This document shows, piece after piece, positions 9,808 to 18,923 of a stretch of 24,371 bases of DNA. Source of the DNA: Acholeplasma sp. Lineage in GTDB: Bacteria > Bacillota_I > Bacilli_A > Acholeplasmatales > UBA5453. The position numbers were made by a program, and so were the translations under genes. How positions within the stretch are numbered: the first letter of the stretch is position 1; each line of letters begins with the position of its first letter. Under the pieces are notes generated by a model, which was given only the letters and a program-made list of their open reading frames with translations, was not told the origin of the DNA and made no database searches. The stretch covers positions 1-24,371 of the forward strand of contig JAVBWN010000005.1 of the NCBI GenBank assembly GCA_036677365.1, given 5' to 3'.

Positions 9808-9814
9808 TGAAAAT

Positions 9815-9852
9815 AGACACCAATGATTTTTCATAAAATCTGGTGTCTTTTT
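9815..9852 (+). terminator. Intrinsic terminator after tetR
   Basis: AGACACCA-atGATTTT..AAAATC-TGGTGTCT followed by TTTT. Confidence 0.7.
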
Positions 9853-9868
9853 GCTTAAAATACATCTA

Positions 9869-9942
9869 TAAAGCGGTTATCAGTCTTTATTATTAGTGAA
9901 AGTGTTATGAAAACATTTTCAAAAATGACGAAAACGTTTTAG
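9869..9942 (+). promoter_or_regulatory. cre/LacI-like operator candidates upstream of adhE
   Basis: TAAAGCGGTTATCA (9869-9882), palindromic TGAAAACATTTTCA (9908-9921) and AAAACGTTTT (9931-9940) resemble the CcpA cre consensus TGWAANCGNTNWCA. Confidence 0.4.
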
Positions 9943-10015
9943 AGTTTAGAACGATTGCTTTCCTATATTTGATTTGAGACAATAGGGGTAAAGAACACGA
10001 AAGGAAATTGAATAT

Positions 10016-12613
10016 ATGGAATCAGACATCCAACAAACACAGTCTCATGTGGGTGGTCTTGTCCAAAACGCTCAGGCAGCTCTTGAGGCTTTTTATACCT
10101 ACACTCAAGAGCAAATTGACCACATCATTGCGAAAGTATCGGTTGCTGCATTAGAAGCACACGGTAAGCTTGCCATGATGGCGGTTCAAGAAACCAAACG
10201 CGGCGTTTTCGAAGATAAGGCTACAAAGAATTTATTTGCAGTAGAATATGTCGTCAATCACATCCGCCACTTAAAAACAGTGGGCGTGATCAGTGAGGAC
10301 GAAGTGAGTGGCATCACTCAAATCGCTGACCCTGTGGGCGTCATCTGTGGCATCATCCCAGTGACCAACCCAACCTCAACCACCATCTTCAAATGCATCA
10401 TCGCTTTAAAAACCAGAAACCCAATCATTTTTGCTTTCCACCCCAACGCACAACAATGCTCGGCTGAGGCAGCACGCATTGTCAAGCAAGCAGCGATTGC
10501 TGCCGGTGCGCCGAAGCATGCCATCCAATGGATTGAAACCCCATCGATGGAAAATACATTGGAACTCATGAAACATGAAGGCACCAACCTCATCCTCGCC
10601 ACAGGTGGTAATGCCATGGTAAAAACCGCCTATTCTTGTGGGAAACCTGCCCTTGGGGTTGGGGCTGGGAATGTGCCTGCTTATATCCATAAATCAGCCA
10701 ACATCAAACAAGCGGTGAATGACATCGTGATGTCAAAAGCATTTGATAACGGGATGGTATGTGCCTCTGAACAAGGGTGCTTCATCGATCGTGATATCTA
10801 CGAAGAAACCATCGATCGCTTCAAACAATTCGGTACTTACTTTTTATCTGAAACCGATAAATTAAAACTTATGAAACTATCTTTTGGTGTAGATGCTTAT
10901 GAAGACTATGCCAAAGCAAAACTCAATCCAAATATCGTTGGACAATCTGCTTTATGGTTGGCCAAAGAAATTGGTATTGAAGTCCCAGCGAACACGGTAA
11001 TTTTAGGCGTTCACTGTAAAGCAGTAGGGCCAGAAGAACCATTCAGCAGGGAAAAACTCTCCCCAATCCTTGCCTTCTATGAGGTGATGGATGATGCGGA
11101 AGGCATCGATTTGGCCAGAAAAATGGTTGAATTCGATGGACTCGGACACAGCGCTTGTATTCATGCCAACGATACCAGTGTGGTGAAACGATTTGGTACC
11201 GTCACCAAAGCCATCCGCATCATTCACAATTCACCTACGACATTTGGTGGTATTGGCCAAGTTTATAACCAATTCATCCCATCCCTAACGTTAGGTTGTG
11301 GATCCTATGGTAGAAACAGCGTTGGTGATAATGTCAGCGCGAATCACTTACTCAACATTAAGAAGATTGGACGTAGAAAAAATAATATGCAATGGTTTAA
11401 GATTCCATCGAAGATCTATTTTGAAAGGGACGCGATCGAGTATTTAAGACAGATGCATGATGTGTCCAAAGTATTCATCGTGACCGACCGTGTGATGGTC
11501 GATTTAGGCTATGTTCAAAAGGTCACCGACCAACTAAACCTTAGACGTAACAAAGTCCAAGTTCAATTGTTCTGTGATGTCGAACCGGACCCATCCATTG
11601 ATACCGTAAATAAAGGGTATCAAATCATGAGAAGCTTTGAACCAGACACGATTATCGCGATTGGTGGCGGTTCTCCAATGGACGCAGCTAAAGCGATGTG
11701 GTTGTTCTATGAACACCCAGAAGTGAACTTCAATGATTTGAAACAAAAATTTATGGACATTCGTAAACGTGCTTTTAGATACCCAGAATTGGGTAAAAAG
11801 AGCAGTTTGGTATGTATTCCAACCACCTCAGGTACAGGTAGTGAAGTGACACCATTCGCTGTCATCACCGACAAAAAAGACAACAAAAAATACCCATTGG
11901 CGGACTATTCCTTAACACCAACTGTGGCGATTGTCGACCCTGCTTTGGTACTGACACAACCTAAAACAGTCACTGCAGATACTGGTATGGACGTTTTGAC
12001 ACACGCGATTGAAGCCTTTGTTTCAACCCTCGCGAATGACTATACCGACGCACTTGCGCTATCAGCGATTGAAATGGTATTCAAGTATCTTAAACGTGCT
12101 TGGGACAATGGTCAAGATTTTGAAGCTAGAGAAAAAATGCACAATGCATCCACCATGGCTGGCATGGCTTTTGGTAATGCTTTCTTGGGGATATCTCACT
12201 CCATGGCTCATAAGATTGGTGGTTTATTCCATGTACCTCATGGTCGCTTAAATGCCATCTTGTTGCCAGAGGTTATCCGATACAATGGACAAAAACCATC
12301 TAAGTTATCTACTTGGCCAAAATACAACTACTATCAAGCCGATGAAAAGTACCAAAAGATTGCGAGAGTTTTAGGACTCAATGCGAATACACCCGCTGAA
12401 GGTGTGGAATCTCTCGCACAAGCTGTCTTTGATTTGGGTGAAAGTATCGGAATTCAAATGAGTTTACGTGCTCAAAAAGTCAATGAAAAAACATTTATGG
12501 CGAATGTTGAAAGCTTAGCCTATGCTGCATATGAAGACCAATGTACACCTGCCAATCCAAGACTGGCTTTGGTTGAAGATATGAAACAAATTATGATTAA
12601 GGTTTATCGATAA
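10016..12613 (+). CDS. adhE: Bifunctional acetaldehyde-CoA/alcohol dehydrogenase
   Basis: ALDH half (PVTNPTST, GVGAGN, FDNGMVCASEQ, EKLSP), linker LTLGCGSYGRNS, and Fe-ADH half (GGGSPMDAAK, PTTSGTGSEVT, HSMAHKIG, HG). Confidence 0.97.
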   Translation: MESDIQQTQSHVGGLVQNAQAALEAFYTYTQEQIDHIIAKVSVAALEAHGKLAMMAVQETKRGVFEDKATKNLFAVEYVVNHIRHLKTVGVISEDEVSGITQIADPVGVICGIIPVTNPTSTTIFKCIIALKTRNPIIFAFHPNAQQCSAEAARIVKQAAIAAGAPKHAIQWIETPSMENTLELMKHEGTNLILATGGNAMVKTAYSCGKPALGVGAGNVPAYIHKSANIKQAVNDIVMSKAFDNGMVCASEQGCFIDRDIYEETIDRFKQFGTYFLSETDKLKLMKLSFGVDAYEDYAKAKLNPNIVGQSALWLAKEIGIEVPANTVILGVHCKAVGPEEPFSREKLSPILAFYEVMDDAEGIDLARKMVEFDGLGHSACIHANDTSVVKRFGTVTKAIRIIHNSPTTFGGIGQVYNQFIPSLTLGCGSYGRNSVGDNVSANHLLNIKKIGRRKNNMQWFKIPSKIYFERDAIEYLRQMHDVSKVFIVTDRVMVDLGYVQKVTDQLNLRRNKVQVQLFCDVEPDPSIDTVNKGYQIMRSFEPDTIIAIGGGSPMDAAKAMWLFYEHPEVNFNDLKQKFMDIRKRAFRYPELGKKSSLVCIPTTSGTGSEVTPFAVITDKKDNKKYPLADYSLTPTVAIVDPALVLTQPKTVTADTGMDVLTHAIEAFVSTLANDYTDALALSAIEMVFKYLKRAWDNGQDFEAREKMHNASTMAGMAFGNAFLGISHSMAHKIGGLFHVPHGRLNAILLPEVIRYNGQKPSKLSTWPKYNYYQADEKYQKIARVLGLNANTPAEGVESLAQAVFDLGESIGIQMSLRAQKVNEKTFMANVESLAYAAYEDQCTPANPRLALVEDMKQIMIKVYR

Positions 12614-12645
12614 AAAAAGAGGACATCCATTGTGGTGTCCTTTGT
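12613..12645. terminator. Bidirectional terminator between adhE and the convergent gene
   Basis: A-run, AGGACATC-CATTGT-GGTGTCCT, then TT. Confidence 0.7.
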
Positions 12646-12647
12646 CT

Positions 12648-13763
12648 TTAGATGGCTTTTTTATAACAACGTCTTCGCTTATGATTGATGTAATCGAAAT
12701 CTTTCCATTGAGCCTGTATTGCGAGGTTATTTTCAAGTTCTGGTCCGGTTTCAGCGAATTGGATATTTCGTTTCATGGCTTTTTGAATACCATCATTCAA
12801 CATAAGCGCTGGTAAGCCTTTACCATGGTGTTTAGGGTCTACAGCGATGAAGTATAAATCGACCACATCGTGCTTCTTTAAGGCTCTTAGAATTCTAAAT
12901 AGACCAAATGGGAATAAGTGGCCATTGCTTTTTTTATTCGCCATCGCTAGTGAAGGCATCATCAATCCAAATCCAGCTACCTGATCTTCATTATCTAATA
13001 CAAACCACAAGTAATCGAGTTTAACGATGGTGATCATTTGCTTGATGTAATAATCCATGACTTTGTCACTAATCGGATGAAAACCATAGAGTTCATTGAA
13101 AGCCACGTTATACATTTTGAATGCAGGGTAGATATATTTAAAGACATCTTTCTTTTTCTTACAAACAACTAACTTAAACCCATAACGACGTTGGGTGATG
13201 TCGGCTACTTTACTGATTTTTTCTGGGATAGAGGTCATCATGATACGTTTTTCAATCCAGTCAGCATCTTTGATAAATCCCAGTTGTTCTAAGTGTTCAC
13301 TGTAGTATTTAGGGTTCCAAATCGTGATGAACATGTTTAAATATTCAAACCCATCGACCAACATACCCATACGATCCAAATCCGTAAATCCGATCGGTCC
13401 AATCAAAGTATCCATCCCTTTGGATTTATTCCATTCAGTGACCGCAGCCATCAGTGCTTTCGTAACTTCAATGTCATCAATCATATCGATTCGTGAAAAT
13501 CGACCAATCTTGGTTTGTTTGGCTTCATTCCATTGGTGGTTGATGATCCCAGCGACACGACCAACTATTTTGTTATCTTTATAGGCTAAAAAGCATTGTG
13601 AATCACAGTATTCATGGGCAGGGTTTTTCTTTTTATCGAAGACATGCATCTCATCTATCGATAATGCTGGCACGAAACTAGGTTCTTTTTTAAAGAGTTT
13701 GTTTGGAAATTCAGTGAAGCGTCTTAAGTCTCTTTTATTCTGTACTGGCTTAATCGTAATCAT
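12648..13763 (-). CDS. GNAT-like (YghO-type) N-acetyltransferase-fold protein
   Basis: FLAYKDNKIVGRVAGIIN, LIGPIGFTDLD..GMLVDGF, WNP.YY, YFIAVDPKHHGKG and ETGPELENN motifs. ATG 13763 follows a GAGGT RBS. Confidence 0.75.
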   Translation of the reverse strand: MITIKPVQNKRDLRRFTEFPNKLFKKEPSFVPALSIDEMHVFDKKKNPAHEYCDSQCFLAYKDNKIVGRVAGIINHQWNEAKQTKIGRFSRIDMIDDIEVTKALMAAVTEWNKSKGMDTLIGPIGFTDLDRMGMLVDGFEYLNMFITIWNPKYYSEHLEQLGFIKDADWIEKRIMMTSIPEKISKVADITQRRYGFKLVVCKKKKDVFKYIYPAFKMYNVAFNELYGFHPISDKVMDYYIKQMITIVKLDYLWFVLDNEDQVAGFGLMMPSLAMANKKSNGHLFPFGLFRILRALKKHDVVDLYFIAVDPKHHGKGLPALMLNDGIQKAMKRNIQFAETGPELENNLAIQAQWKDFDYINHKRRRCYKKAI

Positions 13764-13808
13764 AGGGTTACCTCGCACTCAATTACCCTTATTTTAGCAC
13801 AAATCAAA

Positions 13809-13837
13809 TTGCGAGAATCATTTTTTTGTGCTATGAT
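13809..13837 (+). promoter_or_regulatory. Promoter of the tRNA-Thr gene
   Basis: TTGCGA (13809-13814), 17-nt spacer, TG-extended TATGAT (13832-13837), about 10 nt before the tRNA. Confidence 0.65.
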
Positions 13838-13847
13838 AATGTCGCGT

Positions 13848-13923
13848 GCCGAAATAGCTCAGTCGGTAGAGCAGCTGTCTCGTAATCAGCAGGTCGTAGG
13901 TTCGATTCCTATTTTCGGCACCA
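13848..13923 (+). tRNA. tRNA-Thr (anticodon CGT), CCA encoded
   Basis: 76-nt cloverleaf: acceptor GCCGAAA/TTTCGGC-A-CCA, D arm GCTC..GAGC, anticodon CGT at 13881-13883, T arm GTAGG-TTCGATT-CCTAT. Confidence 0.97.
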
Positions 13924-14105
13924 TTTTTTGAATAATTCGTTTTTAGAGAAGGATCATTGAAGTTCAAAGGTCTTTTTTTTATGCAGTTATGTAAAATGGT
14001 TACTTTTGGAATAGATAACAAGAAATATCAAACATGAATTTCTAGGGTCAAATGGAGTGATTTGAATTTGATTTCACATTTAAACTTCTAAGGTTTTCAT
14101 TTAAA
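13901..14105 (+). repeat. att-like repeat copy 1: tRNA 3' core (23 nt) plus terminator hairpin and ~190-nt arm
   Basis: TTCGATTCCTATTTTCGGCACCA-TTTTTTGAATAAT...GATCATTGAAGTTCAAAGGTCTTTT...GGTTACTTTT...GAATTTCTAG..GTC...AACTTCTAAG, aligning by eye with 21370-21577. Confidence 0.9.
13949..13980 (+). terminator. tRNA terminator hairpin, also present in repeat copies 2 and 3
   Basis: AAGGATCATTGA-AGT-TCAAAGGTCTT followed by a T-run. Confidence 0.75.
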
Positions 14106-14119
14106 AAAACCACTAAAAA

Positions 14120-14935
14120 ATGCAGAAGATGAAATAAAAACATCGATGATGTACAAAAGAACTGTAGTTACTATTTTAAGAACACAAATTTGTTGCTTCA
14201 AGCTTTCACTAGAAAGTCTTATCAGCTGAATTTGGTGGAGAAAACAATGAGGTTTTAGAGTTCTTAGGCGATTGAGTATTGGATTTTTATGTGACCAAAG
14301 TCATCGCTGAAAGATATGGATTTTTCAAATCTCAAACGGATACATATGATGAGCAAGAAGATAACGATGAATATTGCATTAAGGCTCATCGAAACGAACA
14401 AGACTTTACTGAGCTGAAAAAGGAAATCGTAAGCAATGCGAATCTTGCTAGAAGAATTGAAGAACTAGGTTTCAAGACGATGATGTACTTGGGACAAAGC
14501 GATATTGATAATCAAGTATGGAATCAAGAAAAGGTTAAAGCTGACCTATTCGAAGCCATTCTAGGTGCCATTGCAATCGACAGTGATTGGGATCCAGATG
14601 GGCTCCAAAACTCTGTGGAATTCATGCTTCAAATTGAAGATCAACTACAAGATGTTGAAGATGGAATGGATGAGTTAAAAGAAAATCTAACACAAGAAAA
14701 TGCAGTCAGCACACTTAAAGAATTAGCTGAAAGTGGTAGATGTTCCATTCCACAATACGATATTCCAGATGAGCAAGTCTATGACGAAGGTGAGTATTGG
14801 TGGTCATGTACTTGTTATGTTAGAAGTTGGTCCATTCAAAAAACAGCACTTTCTAAGTCAAAAAAGGGTGCCAAAAGGTATGCTGCTTATCTCGTTTTGT
14901 GTGACTTCTTTGGTATTGAACCTGAAGAAAAATAA
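14120..14935 (+). pseudogene. RNase III family protein with C-terminal dsRBD, disrupted at the 5' end
   Basis: Upstream of ORF 14279 the sequence reads YYFKNTNLLLQAFTRKSY, then a frameshift at ~14222, then AEFGGENNEVLEFLGD*VLDFYV with an in-frame TGA at 14273-14275. Downstream are KVKADLFEAILGAIAIDS and a dsRBD-like NAVSTLKE...SKSKKGAKRYAAY. Confidence 0.85.
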
Positions 14936-14943
14936 TTAACGAT

Positions 14944-15042
14944 AAATGCCCAAAAGGTACTTGAATTACCATGATATAGAAATGTTTCCCAGATAACACT
15001 AAATTATGGTAATATTCCGCATACAAGTACCATTTGGCATTT
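14944..15042. repeat. Long imperfect nested inverted repeat (~100-nt stem-loop)
   Basis: Outer arms AAATGCCCAAAAGGTACTTG (14944-14963) and CAAGTACCATTTGGCATTT (15024-15042). Inner arms ATTACCATGAT (14965-14975) and ATTATGGTAAT (15003-15013). Confidence 0.8.
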
Positions 15043-15258
15043 TTATTTAGTTAAAATAGGTCACTGATATGGGGCAGTAATCTACACTCCAAAAACGAAA
15101 ACTAAATATTTTTTACACTGAAATTAAGTAAGGTTGGATAATTGTTGCCAGGTTATGCTAAACTATTATATAAGATGACATTACTTTTTAAGTATTTATT
15201 TCGCATATAATTGTGTTGCAATCTTGGCACTTTTTATTTAGTAAGGTTTGGTGATAAT

Positions 15259-15819
15259 GTGGGGGCAGGAATTATTGAATTTATATCTAACATTGTAAAT
15301 ATAACTGGTAATCCACTTCTTGACACTATCATTTTTGGTATTATTGGGGTTATCAGTTTTTCCATTGCTTTTGATTTGGTTGGATTTATATTTGCTTCTA
15401 TTGGAAAGTATGACTCTAAATCAATGAGTGAGTTGCATTGGGGTATAAGAGTATTCATATTTGCTTTTCTCACTTTTGTCTTAGTGAAGATTGCTCAGTT
15501 TTTTAAATGGATATTTACTCCTCCACAAGTGTATTTTCTATTAGGAATTGTAATATTCGTTATTTTAATGGTTGTTTTACTTTTAATTTATAAAAACAAG
15601 AAGAAGATCAATGAAGTTGAGAAACCTATGGAAGTAATGGTTACACCTCCACTTGAAAACGATGTTAAAAATGCAATAAAAGTAGACAACCAAAATAGCA
15701 ATATCGAGGATAGTTGTCCATATTGTTGTGGGAAGTTAGTTCAAAGAAAAGGTCCATACGGATACTTTCTTGGATGCTCTAATTATCCAGAATGTAAATA
15801 TACAAGAAACAAAGAATGA
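15259..15819 (+). CDS. Membrane protein with C-terminal topoisomerase-type C4 zinc ribbon
   Basis: Three hydrophobic segments, then CPYCCGKLVQRKGPYGYFLGCSNYPECKYTR. Start uncertain (GTG 15259 follows GGTGA). Confidence 0.8.
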   Translation: MGAGIIEFISNIVNITGNPLLDTIIFGIIGVISFSIAFDLVGFIFASIGKYDSKSMSELHWGIRVFIFAFLTFVLVKIAQFFKWIFTPPQVYFLLGIVIFVILMVVLLLIYKNKKKINEVEKPMEVMVTPPLENDVKNAIKVDNQNSNIEDSCPYCCGKLVQRKGPYGYFLGCSNYPECKYTRNKE

Positions 15820-15835
15820 AAGTAGGTATACCAAT

Positions 15836-16573
15836 ATGATTTGGATTGATAAAAAAGCATTCGAAGACACATACGCGATATTAAAGAAAGAAAAAACTCT
15901 TGAACCTGTCTATACCGATCTAAAACAGTTTATTGAGGATACATTTGGTATTACTGTGTTTAATATTATTTTACAACCTATAAAAACGGGTCTCTTTGAT
16001 AGAATAGTAAAAAATTCATATTTAAACGGTCACAAGTATAAATTAATTTGTTATGTCGGTTCGTATGCTGAAAGAGAGCAGATGCAAAATAGGATAGATG
16101 TTCAGTTACCAAACTTTCCTAATGCACACAAAATGGTAAATGATGAAAATAAACAACAGTTAATTTTGGATAAATTGTTTGAACTAAGTGTAAAGTACAA
16201 TTACACGATTAAGGCTAAAAAAGACCTGATTTGGGTTGATTATTTTTACTGGTTTCCGACTGACTATATGGGTTTTATTGTAAGTAAAGTACAAAAGCAA
16301 ATCATTAGAAGTGTTTTGACTAAATATAAACAAGAAGGTAATATTTGGGAAATTCATACCAGTGGAATTGGTATCTATATATTTTATGACACTGAAAATA
16401 ACAATTTGCTAAATCAACAAAATGGCATAACTGAGGATATTCATAGAATAATTTATACTTCTATCAAAGAGTTGGATGAATTTGATTTTTATAAAGTGGA
16501 ATATATAGCATTTGATACAAAGGAAAATCTAGACAAAAATTATCAAGGAAATCTTTATTACTATTTTAAGTAG
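15836..16573 (+). CDS. Hypothetical protein
   Basis: Long ORF in AT-rich DNA. ATG 15836 follows AGTAGGT. No motif recognised. Confidence 0.7.
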   Translation: MIWIDKKAFEDTYAILKKEKTLEPVYTDLKQFIEDTFGITVFNIILQPIKTGLFDRIVKNSYLNGHKYKLICYVGSYAEREQMQNRIDVQLPNFPNAHKMVNDENKQQLILDKLFELSVKYNYTIKAKKDLIWVDYFYWFPTDYMGFIVSKVQKQIIRSVLTKYKQEGNIWEIHTSGIGIYIFYDTENNNLLNQQNGITEDIHRIIYTSIKELDEFDFYKVEYIAFDTKENLDKNYQGNLYYYFK

Positions 16574-16629
16574 CAGAATCTAAATAAGCTAAGGCTTCAA
16601 AATAACTTTAATGTGAAGGAATAAACAAA

Positions 16630-17277
16630 ATGAGAAAAATCAAAGAAATTGTCAAGTTTGAAAAAGAAAACATGCCAGATTATCAGTACAAATTCAACTA
16701 TTATTTTTTGTTCCCATTTATTCTTGTATTTTTAGGAGGTCCAATTATTGCATTATCGATTTCAATTCCATTGGGAATAGCCAATTCGGAATATCACTTA
16801 TTACCTATTATCATATGGGCTATTATATTATTTACGATGTTGTTGATATTAATCCCATACGGAAGATCAATACAAAAAAGAGTGGTTGAAGATCAAGTAG
16901 AAAAAATAAACAAAATACTAACTACTGTAGACTATGACCTCGCCTTAAAAACACTGAATGATAGGGGTGTTTGCAATCAAGAAGGTTTTTTCACAGTGGA
17001 AAAAGATGTGATTCCATTTGAACAATTGAATTATATGTTTGTCGCTCAATATTGGGGTGGAAAAACATTTTTGTCGTTAGTAATTCATTCTGATAGGTAC
17101 CCAAACGATACTTTTTTGGAAATTGATAATAATGTATTCACCTTAATAAAATCAAAAAAACTAAAAGTTGAAAACCAAGAAATGATTAGGTTCATGGAAA
17201 CTAGTACTAAAGCTTTTACAAACAAGTTGGTCAAGAGAAGTAGTACAATGCGATTCACGAAGAATGATCTAATATAA
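16630..17277 (+). CDS. Hypothetical membrane protein (2 TM plus soluble C-terminal domain)
   Basis: 215-aa ORF with GAAGGA RBS and two hydrophobic segments. Confidence 0.75.
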   Translation: MRKIKEIVKFEKENMPDYQYKFNYYFLFPFILVFLGGPIIALSISIPLGIANSEYHLLPIIIWAIILFTMLLILIPYGRSIQKRVVEDQVEKINKILTTVDYDLALKTLNDRGVCNQEGFFTVEKDVIPFEQLNYMFVAQYWGGKTFLSLVIHSDRYPNDTFLEIDNNVFTLIKSKKLKVENQEMIRFMETSTKAFTNKLVKRSSTMRFTKNDLI

Positions 17278-17423
17278 TCATTGAATCATATTTGATTAGT
17301 ATGGTTTTTTACTTGGAATGAGATACCAAATTATTGAAATGTAAGAGTGTCACCTTTTGGGTGAAGGTGCTAAAAATTGTACTACGACTGTTTATCTAAA
17401 AATTCAAATAAGAGGTTAAACTT

Positions 17424-18152
17424 ATGAAAATTAAATTTAGTGTAACTGATAATAATAAAAACAATAATACATATTTGTCAGATGTTTTTGCTATAGCTGA
17501 ACTGCCTACACAAATTAAAACATCGAAATTTTTAGGTTGGACCTTAATAAAAGTGAGAAATAGACTTAATTACTTAGTTCTCATACCAGATGGTGATTTA
17601 TTTGTCTTATCATGGATTGATGAAAGCAAAATTGTCAAAGTAGAAGAAGGTTCAGAACCGACTGATTGGTTATTCATTAATAAGTATATTGATCAAATTC
17701 CGTATTATTCTAAAATCAAATTAAGAAATCTAAAGTGTTATGAATGGATGATAAAGAATCAAGGATTTTTTATTAATATATATGACAATAACGATTCTTC
17801 AAGAAACTTGTTATATCAAAATTTACCTGGTATATTGTCCAAAAAGCATTATAGTAAACAACAATTTTATGACAACATTCATTACTTAGTTAGATATGGT
17901 GATGAACCAGAGATCGATTTATATACCCAAAATGGCAAAAAATACTTCGTTATTGCATACAAAGATTTTTGTGATTTCTATGACGAAGATAATAATTACT
18001 TTAAGCTTAATAAGATTGAAGAAATTGAAAAGTTTATTTCTTTTGGTGATATAGTAGATATTCAAGGAGATTTTGTAGATTTTGATAGAGATATTAGAGA
18101 ACAATCAACTATAATTGACGGCAAATTGTGGATCAATACACAATCTAAGTAA
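17424..18152 (+). CDS. Hypothetical protein (acidic, aromatic-rich C-terminal half)
   Basis: 242-aa ORF with AGAGGT RBS. Confidence 0.75.
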   Translation: MKIKFSVTDNNKNNNTYLSDVFAIAELPTQIKTSKFLGWTLIKVRNRLNYLVLIPDGDLFVLSWIDESKIVKVEEGSEPTDWLFINKYIDQIPYYSKIKLRNLKCYEWMIKNQGFFINIYDNNDSSRNLLYQNLPGILSKKHYSKQQFYDNIHYLVRYGDEPEIDLYTQNGKKYFVIAYKDFCDFYDEDNNYFKLNKIEEIEKFISFGDIVDIQGDFVDFDRDIREQSTIIDGKLWINTQSK

Positions 18153-18235
18153 TGAATGATTTGTTGCTACTATTTTTTAAATTATAATTATAGATGTAGA
18201 AAATGAATAAGGTAAAATATTAAGGGGGATCAGTA

Positions 18236-18553
18236 ATGAAGAAAGATTGGCACCGAAAAGGCATAACTATAGATGAAAAACTGGCCGATTGTTACTTTCA
18301 ATGTATTTATTATCTATCTATATACAAGGGAATATCTAATGATAAAATTAAACATTTCAAAATAGATACTGCAAACAGATTCCATATTAATATAGACATA
18401 GACGAATTTGATTTACTAAGCGATATTCCATCAGACGATAGTTTTTTAATATCTATGGTTGAAGAAATAAAAACTATAATCAATGGAACAGAACTCTTAG
18501 ATTTTAGTAAAGTGGAAGAATTAACACTTCATTTAATTAAAGAAAATTGGTAA
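18236..18553 (+). CDS. Hypothetical protein
   Basis: 105-aa ORF with AAGGGGGA RBS. Confidence 0.7.
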   Translation: MKKDWHRKGITIDEKLADCYFQCIYYLSIYKGISNDKIKHFKIDTANRFHINIDIDEFDLLSDIPSDDSFLISMVEEIKTIINGTELLDFSKVEELTLHLIKENW

Positions 18554-18581
18554 GTATTTGATTTGATACAGGAGAAAGACT

Positions 18582-18890
18582 ATGAATAAGAAGCAAACTA
18601 GTTTATCGTTTTTACCAATCATTGGAATAATGGTTTATTTAATCCCAATCTTTTTCCAATCCGTTTTATCTAAAAATAACAGTAAAGGGCTAAGAGCGGG
18701 GTGGAGCTTTTTCCTTGGAATGATAAGTTTTATAGTTCTTTATGGGGGATTCGCTCTAATTAATAATCTTTTTAAACTTAACCTAGAAAACACTCTGTGG
18801 TTATTATACACAATGCTATATTTATCGTTCGTGATTTGGAATGTCGTGTTTTTCTTATCATATAATCGATTAACCAAAAACTTAGAGTAA
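18582..18890 (+). CDS. Hypothetical 3-TM membrane protein
   Basis: 102-aa hydrophobic ORF with AGGAGA RBS. Confidence 0.7.
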   Translation: MNKKQTSLSFLPIIGIMVYLIPIFFQSVLSKNNSKGLRAGWSFFLGMISFIVLYGGFALINNLFKLNLENTLWLLYTMLYLSFVIWNVVFFLSYNRLTKNLE

Positions 18891-18923
18891 TCACCTAATA
18901 TCACCCATAAGGGGGAATAACCA

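Noticed and set aside
586-13584. Numerous short antisense or alternate-frame ORFs overlapping the kinase, RND, adhE and GNAT genes
   Set aside because: They lie within or overlap well-supported genes and have no recognisable motifs or convincing RBS.
13818-14021. 67-aa minus-strand ORF
   Set aside because: It is the antisense shadow of the tRNA-Thr gene.
14101-14114. TTAAAAAAACCACT resembling the start of the GGGTGCTAAAA-box repeat
   Set aside because: It is short and A-rich and the downstream boxes are missing, so it cannot be distinguished from chance.
14273-14275. TGA read as Trp (genetic code 4) in the RNase III gene
   Set aside because: TGA terminates several genes here (e.g. 1729, 15819, 23064), Trp is encoded by TGG, and an independent frameshift lies nearby.
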